64,000 nucleotides of DNA from Thermosulfurimonas dismutans (GTDB lineage: Bacteria; Desulfobacterota; Thermodesulfobacteria; Thermodesulfobacteriales; Thermodesulfobacteriaceae). The notes below the pieces were generated by a model, which was not told the DNA's origin, ran no database searches, and saw only the letters and a program-made list of their open reading frames with translations. A program made the translations under genes and the position numbers. Of this stretch, positions 16,317 to 23,757 are shown one piece after another. The stretch covers positions 5,104 through 69,103 of the forward strand of contig DRMH01000020.1 of NCBI GenBank assembly GCA_011322625.1, given 5' to 3'. How positions within the stretch are numbered: position 1 is the stretch's first letter; each line of letters opens with the position of its first letter.

Positions 16317-17884
16317 ACCAGGGAAACCCGGAGCAGAATCACCAGCTCCACCTTCTCCCGGGAGCGGCGGGAATGGGTAAAGAGGGCCCCCAGTCCGGGA
16401 AGCCGCCCCAGCCCCCACACCCGACGCGTTTCGTGATCCTTCTTATCCAGGATGAGCCCTCCTATGATGACCAGATCATGCGGGGTAACCCGGATCACGG
16501 TGCTCATCTCCCGGAGGTTCACCTGGGGGAGGGTCACCACGGTATTGGTGCCGAACTCCTCCCTGCGTAGCTCCACCAGATCGCTCTTGATGGGAACGAT
16601 ATGCAGAATAATTCCGGAATCGGTAATCCGCGGGGTCACCCCCAGGAGCAGCCCGTCGAAAATAGCGCTGGTATCCACGGTGGTCTGGGTCTGGGAGATG
16701 TTCTCCGAGGAGATCACCTCCCGGTTGATCTCCCGCACGTATCCCACGGAGCGCCCCACACTGATGAGGGCCGGCTGTCCGTTCAGGACCCTTATGCGGG
16801 GATTGGAGAGAATATGCACCCGGCCGTAGTTTTCGAGCAGCCTGAGCACCCCCTCAAAGGAGGGGCGGTGTTGATAGGAGAAGGTAAGAGTGGGCATTCC
16901 GTTGCGCAGATCCAGGGTGGCGGTGGAGACCGTGGGCAGACGGGTATCGCGCAGGGTGAGCCAGTCGATACCCAGGTCATGGCCCCGGGAGAGATCCACC
17001 TCCACGATCTTGGCCTCGATCAGGACCTGACGCCCGTAACGTTTCTTGAGGCGTTCCACCAGTTCCGCTACCCGGCGCACATTGGAGGGATGATCCCGGA
17101 CGAAGAGATTTCCGGTAAGGCGATTGAAGGTAAAGGTGCCGTCCCGGGAAAGCAGGGCCCGCACCGAGGTCTCGATCTGACGGTACATATCCGTGCTCTT
17201 CCGGTTCACCTCTCCGCTGATCTCGTACTGCCCCTTGAGGGGAGAGACGAACTCCGCCTTCCCGGCCCCGCCGGAGGAGGTGGAGGAGGAAGTACCGGCA
17301 CCCCCGGTACCGGCCAGACCCCCCAGGACATCCCCGCCCAGACCGAAACGGGCCCCCCGGAGGGTCTGAAGAAAGGAAAGATCAAAGAGACGTTCCTCAA
17401 AGGCCTGGATATAGATAACCCCTCCCCTGATCTCGTAGTGCAGGTCCAGCATCCGGCACAGGGATCGCAGAAGATCTTCCAGGGTATAATCATGGAACTC
17501 CGCGGTGATCAGCCGAGCCTCGGGGGGGAGCATCTCCTGAACCTCGCGGGTTATCACCAGATTGAGCCCGGCCTCCCGGGCCAGAAGATGGAAAACGGTA
17601 AAGGCGTCCTCCTGGTGCAGGGAGAGACTAAGACGCCGGGTGCGAAGGGGAGATACCTCCTTGAAGATGGGGCCGGCCCGGAGGATCTCCGGGGATTCAG
17701 CCGGGGATGGGGAAACCGCAGGAGGCGGGGGAGCGGAAACCCGCGCTGCCGGAGGGGGCGGAGAAACCCTCTCCCGGGCCTGGCGGGCCGTACAGCCGAA
17801 AAGAAGCAGTATGCTCAGGCTAAAAAACCACGCTTTCACCCACAAATACCCGGTAAATTTTCCCTTTACCCTGTAACTCCACAT
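16313..17884 (-). CDS. secretin (GspD/PilQ family, MshL-like lipoprotein)
   Basis: Lipobox LLLFGC and the C-terminal secretin domain NPRIRVLNGQPALISVG ... VIIGGLILDKK ... LPGLGALF ... ELVILL. An alternative GTG start at 17839 gives a cleaner lipoprotein signal peptide. Confidence 0.88.
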   Translation of the reverse strand: MWSYRVKGKFTGYLWVKAWFFSLSILLLFGCTARQARERVSPPPPAARVSAPPPPAVSPSPAESPEILRAGPIFKEVSPLRTRRLSLSLHQEDAFTVFHLLAREAGLNLVITREVQEMLPPEARLITAEFHDYTLEDLLRSLCRMLDLHYEIRGGVIYIQAFEERLFDLSFLQTLRGARFGLGGDVLGGLAGTGGAGTSSSTSSGGAGKAEFVSPLKGQYEISGEVNRKSTDMYRQIETSVRALLSRDGTFTFNRLTGNLFVRDHPSNVRRVAELVERLKKRYGRQVLIEAKIVEVDLSRGHDLGIDWLTLRDTRLPTVSTATLDLRNGMPTLTFSYQHRPSFEGVLRLLENYGRVHILSNPRIRVLNGQPALISVGRSVGYVREINREVISSENISQTQTTVDTSAIFDGLLLGVTPRITDSGIILHIVPIKSDLVELRREEFGTNTVVTLPQVNLREMSTVIRVTPHDLVIIGGLILDKKDHETRRVWGLGRLPGLGALFTHSRRSREKVELVILLRVSLV

Positions 17885-18263
17885 AATTTTCTCCGATTTT
17901 TAAGATTCTGAACGGGCCCAGACGGTCTCCCTCGGTAAGGGTTCGGGGGCCGAATTTGCAAAGCCGCCGGGCCCCTATCCGCAACACGGCCTTGAGTTCG
18001 TAGGATCTTCGGGAAACCGGCTTCGAGGACGTAGAACCCGCGGAGGTCTTTCCGAAGGCCCCGGTGTGGAGAGGACCGGCGGGAACGTAACGGATCCTCT
18101 CCGGAGAGGTCTCGGGAATCTCGCGATAGATGGAGGGAAGGGCCGGAACAGGTGCGCGGGGCCCTCGGGGACGACCCCCGATCCAGAGCAGGACACAGAG
18201 GATCAGGGTCACGGCCAAAGGCCCCCACCAGATCAGATATCCCCGGTACTTTCCGGCCCACAT
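17820..18263 (-). CDS. PilP/MshK-like small pilus-assembly protein
   Basis: Only the last 147 aa of the 278-aa track ORF look real. They have an N-terminal TM helix and a C-terminal beta domain, YELKAVLRIG ... EGDRLGPFRILKIGENYVELQGKGKIYRVF. ATG 18263 lies 2 nt after the upstream stop. Confidence 0.5.
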   Translation of the reverse strand: MWAGKYRGYLIWWGPLAVTLILCVLLWIGGRPRGPRAPVPALPSIYREIPETSPERIRYVPAGPLHTGAFGKTSAGSTSSKPVSRRSYELKAVLRIGARRLCKFGPRTLTEGDRLGPFRILKIGENYVELQGKGKIYRVFVGESVVF

Positions 18264-18265
18264 CC

Positions 18266-18685
18266 TCAGAACACCACCTTGGTACCCCGGACCAGGAGAT
18301 GGGGACGGCACCTGCGTCTTCGGCCCGGAGAGGTCTCCAGGCAGGTATCCAGCCGGAACTCCCTGAGGAAAAAGAACCCCCTCCGGGTATAGAGATCGGA
18401 AAGCTTGTTCACCGCCTGAAGCAGGGGATGAAGCTCCACTTTTTCCAGGATCTCCACCTGTTGCGGCTGACCCAGATGACGCCAGAAGGAATAACCGGCA
18501 TAGGTCCGCATCCGGAAAAGGGCCCTTCGAACCTCCCCCACCCTCTGTCGGGTTAGGTGGAGCTGGCGACGGGCCCCGGTGTAATGCCGGTATTCCCTGA
18601 GGGCCAGGTAGAAACTCAGGGTAAAGAGGGCCAGCAGGGCCAGCCATCCCAGCCATTCCCGCCGGTAAACCCGCAGGAGATTCAT
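18266..18685 (-). CDS. PilO/MshJ-like pilus-assembly membrane protein
   Basis: 139 aa with a single N-terminal TM helix followed by a coiled region. It lies between the PilMN-like and PilP-like genes and makes a 4-nt overlap with the upstream gene. The call rests on position and topology only. Confidence 0.45.
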   Translation of the reverse strand: MNLLRVYRREWLGWLALLALFTLSFYLALREYRHYTGARRQLHLTRQRVGEVRRALFRMRTYAGYSFWRHLGQPQQVEILEKVELHPLLQAVNKLSDLYTRRGFFFLREFRLDTCLETSPGRRRRCRPHLLVRGTKVVF

Positions 18686-19989
18686 CGTATCCCCCTCAGA
18701 ACGATTTCGAAGCGGGCTTCTTTTCGGAAATCGTCGTAATGGAAACGGCTGTCTTCCACGGAGGCCCTCCGGCGCACGGCGTCGAGAAAACGCAGGAAAT
18801 CGGCGTGCACCCGCGCCAGCGGCCCCCGGGAAATAAAGACCATCCTCATCCGATAGTTACCGTTCTTATCGCGCTGCATCTCCAGACGGGAGACCCGGGT
18901 CTGATTCGGCACCGTGGAGGCCAGCCACCATAAAAATTCGTCCATTCGGGGCTGTTTTTCGAATTTTTGTTTCCATTTCAGATAGTTTTGTAGCTTTTTC
19001 ACCTCTTCAGGGGGATAATCCCGTTGGAGTTCCCTCAGACCGAATTCCAAGATCCGGGAGGTGCGCAGAAGTTCCTGGTCCAAGATGCGGTTCTGCCGGT
19101 GCCAGTAGGCCACCAGCCCGTAATTGATCAGGGTGAGTACGAAGAGGACCCCCCCGGCGTAACGGGCCCATTCAAAGGCCCGCAGGAAGGACCGATGGGT
19201 CTCGGGGAGCAGGCTATAGGAGGCGGGAACCCGCACCGCTCCGAAAAATTCGGGATGGGTCAGGAGATCCTCTCCGGAAAGGTTCCAGGCCGGAAATTCC
19301 GGACTCCATTCCTCAAGCGCTCCCAGGTGGTGTAAACGTTCCCGATGAGGACCGCAGGGAAAGATATGCCGCAAGGTTCGCCGAAAGAAGCGCTGATAAT
19401 AGTCCAGCACCGCCAGGACGTTTTCCTCCACCGGGAATCCCTCCACTCCCAGGAACTCATCCACGGCCTGGAAACGCATATATACCGGGTGCTGACCTTC
19501 CACCACCACCAGCCAGAGGCCCTGGTCGCTGAAATGGGCCACCAGCACTGGTTCCGTTCGGAGGCCGGCCACCAGATAGGCCAGGGCCAGACACTGGTGA
19601 TAAAGGGCCTTGGGGCGGACCAGCCCCTGTCCCAGCTGCCCCAGCCATCTTTCCACCTCCTGACGCTCCAGGGCCAGGATCCCGACCTCCACCTGCCCCG
19701 GGCCTTCGGAGATGCGATGCAGGGAAAACTCGAAGGGCCCGGTAAAGAACCCGGCTCCCCGGACCTTCTCCTCGGCCTGCAGGGACAGCACCTCCGCAGG
19801 CCCCCGGGTCAGGGTCTCCCGGAAAAAATAGGCCTGAGGGGAGGTGGAGAGCAAAATCACCGAACGATGGGCCAGGGTGGACCAGGAAAGGGGTTCCACC
19901 CGGGAAAAGCTCCAGCGGCCTTTCCGACCCGAAACCCGAACCCCGAGAAGTTGATCCCCCTCGTACTTAACCACCCAGAAGGAAGACAT
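18682..19989 (-). CDS. PilM-PilN-like fusion (MshI-like) pilus-assembly protein
   Basis: 435 aa: a cytoplasmic N-terminal half, one TM helix (YAGGVLFVLTLINYGLVAYW), then a PilN-like coiled and periplasmic domain. Operon position supports the call. Confidence 0.5.
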   Translation of the reverse strand: MSSFWVVKYEGDQLLGVRVSGRKGRWSFSRVEPLSWSTLAHRSVILLSTSPQAYFFRETLTRGPAEVLSLQAEEKVRGAGFFTGPFEFSLHRISEGPGQVEVGILALERQEVERWLGQLGQGLVRPKALYHQCLALAYLVAGLRTEPVLVAHFSDQGLWLVVVEGQHPVYMRFQAVDEFLGVEGFPVEENVLAVLDYYQRFFRRTLRHIFPCGPHRERLHHLGALEEWSPEFPAWNLSGEDLLTHPEFFGAVRVPASYSLLPETHRSFLRAFEWARYAGGVLFVLTLINYGLVAYWHRQNRILDQELLRTSRILEFGLRELQRDYPPEEVKKLQNYLKWKQKFEKQPRMDEFLWWLASTVPNQTRVSRLEMQRDKNGNYRMRMVFISRGPLARVHADFLRFLDAVRRRASVEDSRFHYDDFRKEARFEIVLRGIR

Positions 19990-20899
19990 AGACCAGGACC
20001 CCCATCAGAAGCATCCCCACGACCACCGCTCCCCAGAGCCAGATCCTCCTTCGATACATGGGAGCCGAAGGCAGAGCGGCCACGGCGGCCGCCTCCCGAA
20101 TCAGGGCCGGGTGCAGACGATGGCTACCCCGGGCAAAGGCCACCAGTAAAGCCCGATCCATGATCTTGTTGATCACCCGGGGAATGCCCCCGCTCCATCG
20201 TTCCAGCTCCCTTTCCGTTCCCCGGGCCAGCATCACTCCGGCCCCTCCGGCCCGGGCCAGACGAAAACGCACGTAATCGCCTATCTCCTCCCGGGTCAGG
20301 GGACGAAGTCTTTCCCAGACGGTAATCCTTTGAGCCAGCTGCGAAAGCTCGGGGGAACGCAAGCGTTCCTCCAGAGCCGGTTGCCCGGAAAGGAGAATCT
20401 GGAGAAGTTTGCCCTTCTCGGTCTCGAAGTTGGAAAGGAGCCGCAACTCCTCGAGACTCTCCGGGGGAAGATTCTGGGCCTCATCGATGACCAGGAGCAG
20501 AGTATGTCCCTTTTCCGCCAGCTCGAAGAGCCGATCCCGAAACCGACGGATCAATTTTTCCCGGGAACCGGTCCCGGAAAGCCCCAGATCCTCCAGAATG
20601 ACCTCCAGGAGTTCCTCCGGCCCCAGGGTGGGGGTAAGGATCATGGCGGTCTGCACCTCCGGAGGCAGGCCCTCAAAGAGCATCCGTATCAGCAGGGTCT
20701 TTCCCACCCCGGGTTCTCCGGTGAGCACCAGGAAACCCTCCCGGCGCAGAATCCCGTACCGCAGGGCCTCCAGGGCGGCCTGATGGGCCGGGGAAGGATA
20801 AAAATAATCCGTATCCGGAGTGATACGAAAAGGATGGTCCCTTAGCCCGAAAAAATCCAGATAATCCGGAATCTTAGTGGATCTGGGTGATAAGTTCAT
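19967..20899 (-). CDS. ExeA/GspA-type AAA ATPase (MshM-like)
   Basis: FFGLRDHPFRITPDTDYFYPSPAH ... LVLTGEPGVGKTLL ... LLVIDEAQNL. Confidence 0.85.
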   Translation of the reverse strand: MNLSPRSTKIPDYLDFFGLRDHPFRITPDTDYFYPSPAHQAALEALRYGILRREGFLVLTGEPGVGKTLLIRMLFEGLPPEVQTAMILTPTLGPEELLEVILEDLGLSGTGSREKLIRRFRDRLFELAEKGHTLLLVIDEAQNLPPESLEELRLLSNFETEKGKLLQILLSGQPALEERLRSPELSQLAQRITVWERLRPLTREEIGDYVRFRLARAGGAGVMLARGTERELERWSGGIPRVINKIMDRALLVAFARGSHRLHPALIREAAAVAALPSAPMYRRRIWLWGAVVVGMLLMGVLVYVFLLGG

Positions 20900-22079
20900 A
20901 TATAGGCCCTATCAAGGCTATCACTATAAGTAAAAAGATTGCCCCCACGATCACAATAAGAACGGGTTCCAGTATTCGACTCAGGGTGTCAACCAACCCC
21001 TGAATGATTTCGTAGTAATATCGAGCCAGTTCTCTCAACTGATCCACCAGGGTTCCGGTTTCCTCCCCTACGGAAATCATACGCAAATCCAGGGGAGAAA
21101 ACAGGGGCAATCCCGCAGCTGTGCTGCTCAAACTCTCGCCTCTCAATACCCCTTCTTTCAATTCTTTAATTATTTTTTTACCGAGTTCGCTTTGAATATT
21201 GGAATACATGATATCAAAGCTGCGCAGAATATCAATTCCTGCTCCCAGAAGCAAAGCCATGTACTCAAAGAAGAAAGCTAAAAGAGAACTACGTTTAATG
21301 CGAGAAACAATCGGAAGACGCAACAGAACTTTTTCCATTCTCAATTTAAATGCAGGAAACTTACGATATCCCACCCAAAGAAAAAACAGGCTCACAAAGA
21401 GAAAAAGTATCCCCTCCAGAAAGTGAGCCCGGAGAAAGGTGGTCACGAAGAGAAGGAACCGTGTGGGAGCCGGGAGGGCCACCCGCATCTGGGAAAACAG
21501 GTTCAGGATCTTAGGGAGAACGAAGAGCAGCCAGAAAAGGAGGGCCCCGCTCATGGCCACCAGGACAAAAAGGGGATAAAGCATGGCCCGTTTGGTCTGG
21601 GTAATGATCTCGTGCAGCCGACGGAGATGACGGGAGGCTTCCTCCAGGGTGTGATCCAGTCGGCCGGTCTCCTCTCCCAGGGCGGTGAGGGAGCGCACAA
21701 TCCCGGGGAAAAGATCCCTTTCCTTTTCCATGCCCCGGGAAAGGGGGTTTCCGGCCTGAAGTTCGGCAAGCAGAACCCCCAGGGCCTTTTTCAGACGGGG
21801 ATTGACCGTGGTCTCGCGGAGGTCCTTGAGTGCCTGGGGAAGGGGTATGCCTCCCCGCACCAGCAGGGCCAGATTATGGCAGAATTCGGCCAGTTCCGGA
21901 CGGGAGACCCTCCCGAGGGTGAAACGATCCCAGGGAAGAGCGGGGCGCGCGGAATATCGAACCAGGATCAACCCCTCGCGCCGGAGATAGGTGTAAAACG
22001 AGCGCAGATCGGGAAATTCCATCTGATCCTTGATCATGCGCCCATCCGGGGTCAGGGCCTGGAAACGATAGACAGGCAT
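20874..22079 (-). CDS. type II secretion/type IV pilus platform protein (GspF/PilC/MshG family)
   Basis: Two T2SSF repeats (..GIPLPQALKDL.., ..GIDILRSFDIM.. GEETGTLVDQL) and three TM segments. Length is 401 aa. Confidence 0.9.
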   Translation of the reverse strand: MPVYRFQALTPDGRMIKDQMEFPDLRSFYTYLRREGLILVRYSARPALPWDRFTLGRVSRPELAEFCHNLALLVRGGIPLPQALKDLRETTVNPRLKKALGVLLAELQAGNPLSRGMEKERDLFPGIVRSLTALGEETGRLDHTLEEASRHLRRLHEIITQTKRAMLYPLFVLVAMSGALLFWLLFVLPKILNLFSQMRVALPAPTRFLLFVTTFLRAHFLEGILFLFVSLFFLWVGYRKFPAFKLRMEKVLLRLPIVSRIKRSSLLAFFFEYMALLLGAGIDILRSFDIMYSNIQSELGKKIIKELKEGVLRGESLSSTAAGLPLFSPLDLRMISVGEETGTLVDQLRELARYYYEIIQGLVDTLSRILEPVLIVIVGAIFLLIVIALIGPIYELITQIH

Positions 22080-23725
22080 CAGCCGATCACCCTTCGCACT
22101 TCTTCCACCGTAGTAATTCCCTGGAGGACCTTTTCCCGGGCGGCCTCCCGAAGGGTGCGCATCCCTCCCTCCCGGGCCGCCCGGGCCATCCTGGCCTGAG
22201 GAGCCCCCTCGGCGATAAGAGCCCGCAGATCTTCATCTATCCGGAGTATCTCGGCCACCACCGTGCGCCCTACGTATCCCTTTCCCCCGCAGTACTCGCA
22301 ACCACGGCCCCGAAAATAGGTCCCGTCCGGGGGAAGATCGTAATAGCGAAGAAGTTCCTCCGGAGGACGATATTCCTCCCGGCATTGAGGACATATACGC
22401 CGCACCAGACGCTGCGCCAGAACCCCCAGAAGGGACGAGGCCAGAAGGTCCGGCCCGATACCCAGATCCCGAAGCCGGAAAAGGGTGGACAGGGCGTCGT
22501 TGGTGTGAAGCGTGGAGAGGAAAAGATGACCGGTAAGGGCGCTCCGAACCGCCATCTCCGCGGTCTCCTCGTCGCGCACCTCCCCCACCAGGATCACATC
22601 CGGGTCCTGCCGCAGGAAGTGCCGAATGGCCCGGGCGAAGGTATAGCCCGCCTCCTCGTTGACCTGCGTCTGGCGGGCGAGCGGCAGGCGGTATTCAATA
22701 GGGTCCTCGGCGGTAAGGACGTTTTTCTCAAGGAGGTTCAGGAGCCTCAGTCCGGCATAGAGGGTGGTGGTCTTCCCGGAGCCCGTGGGGCCGGTAACCA
22801 GAAACATGCCGTAGGGTTTTTCCAGAAGATCCCGGATAAGGGCTATCTCCTCCTGACTGAAACCCAGATGCAGCAGGTGCTGGACGGTGCCTCCTACCGG
22901 AAGGATACGCAGGACCATGTTCTCGCCCACCGGGGTGCGCACGGTGGATACCCGCAGGTCGTATTCCTCCCCCAGGAAGGAAAAACGCATGCGCCCATCC
23001 TGGGGAAGACGGGTCTCGGCTATGTCCATACCCGCCCGGACCTTTATAGCCCCGATAAGACGCGGATGGACCGCCTGCGGGAAAACCCAGAAGGGCTCCA
23101 GGATACCGTCTATGCGCAGAAAGACCTGAGAGGTCCTCTCCGAAGGGGTGAGGTGTAGATCCGTGGCCCGACGGGAGGTGGCCAGGAGCAGGAGCTTTTC
23201 GATGAGATCATCCATGGAGATCTCGGCATGGGGATTCTCCCTCAATCTCTGGGTGACCTCCTCCAGTTCCTTTTCCGGCGGTCTTTCCAGAAAGTAATAA
23301 AATCTTTCCAGCGCCCGGGAGATCCGGGAACGCGGAGCCACCACCGTTTCCACCCTCATGCCGGAAACCCGGGCCACGGCCTCCCGGAGTTGAAGGTTGA
23401 AGGGGTCATGAACGGCCACCACCAGAGACCCCTCGGTTATCCTCAGCGGAAGGAGGAGGTGCTGACGGGCAAAGGCCGGAGGAACCTTGAGCAGGGCCTG
23501 AGGCGTGGGTACGGTTACCTCCAGGTCGTCAAAGGGAAGCCCGGCCTGTTCGGCGAGCACCTGGGCCACCTCAAGCTCGGTGACCAGCCCCAGACGAACC
23601 AGGATCTCCCCCAGCCGCTCCCCGGTGGCCTTCTGTTCCAGGAGGGCAAACCGGATGTGTTCGTCCCGGATATAGCCCTTTTCCTTTAAAAGCTGCCCTA
23701 TGGGTCGGGAGGTTCTTTCTTCCAT
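22079..23725 (-). CDS. GspE/PilB/MshE-family secretion ATPase with N-terminal MshEN-type domain
   Basis: Walker A VTGPTGSGKTTT, Asp box, Walker B ILVGEVRD, His box LSTLHTNDA, and a tetracysteine CPQC...CEYC. The N-terminal T2SSE_N domain carries two 24-residue MshEN-like motifs. Confidence 0.92.
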   Translation of the reverse strand: MEERTSRPIGQLLKEKGYIRDEHIRFALLEQKATGERLGEILVRLGLVTELEVAQVLAEQAGLPFDDLEVTVPTPQALLKVPPAFARQHLLLPLRITEGSLVVAVHDPFNLQLREAVARVSGMRVETVVAPRSRISRALERFYYFLERPPEKELEEVTQRLRENPHAEISMDDLIEKLLLLATSRRATDLHLTPSERTSQVFLRIDGILEPFWVFPQAVHPRLIGAIKVRAGMDIAETRLPQDGRMRFSFLGEEYDLRVSTVRTPVGENMVLRILPVGGTVQHLLHLGFSQEEIALIRDLLEKPYGMFLVTGPTGSGKTTTLYAGLRLLNLLEKNVLTAEDPIEYRLPLARQTQVNEEAGYTFARAIRHFLRQDPDVILVGEVRDEETAEMAVRSALTGHLFLSTLHTNDALSTLFRLRDLGIGPDLLASSLLGVLAQRLVRRICPQCREEYRPPEELLRYYDLPPDGTYFRGRGCEYCGGKGYVGRTVVAEILRIDEDLRALIAEGAPQARMARAAREGGMRTLREAAREKVLQGITTVEEVRRVIG

Positions 23726-23757
23726 GGTTAATCTAGGTTATAGAAAATTTGCCCGCT

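Noticed and set aside
16601-17911. 436-aa ORF antisense to the secretin gene.
   Set aside because: Shadow frame. The secretin homology on the minus strand is strong.
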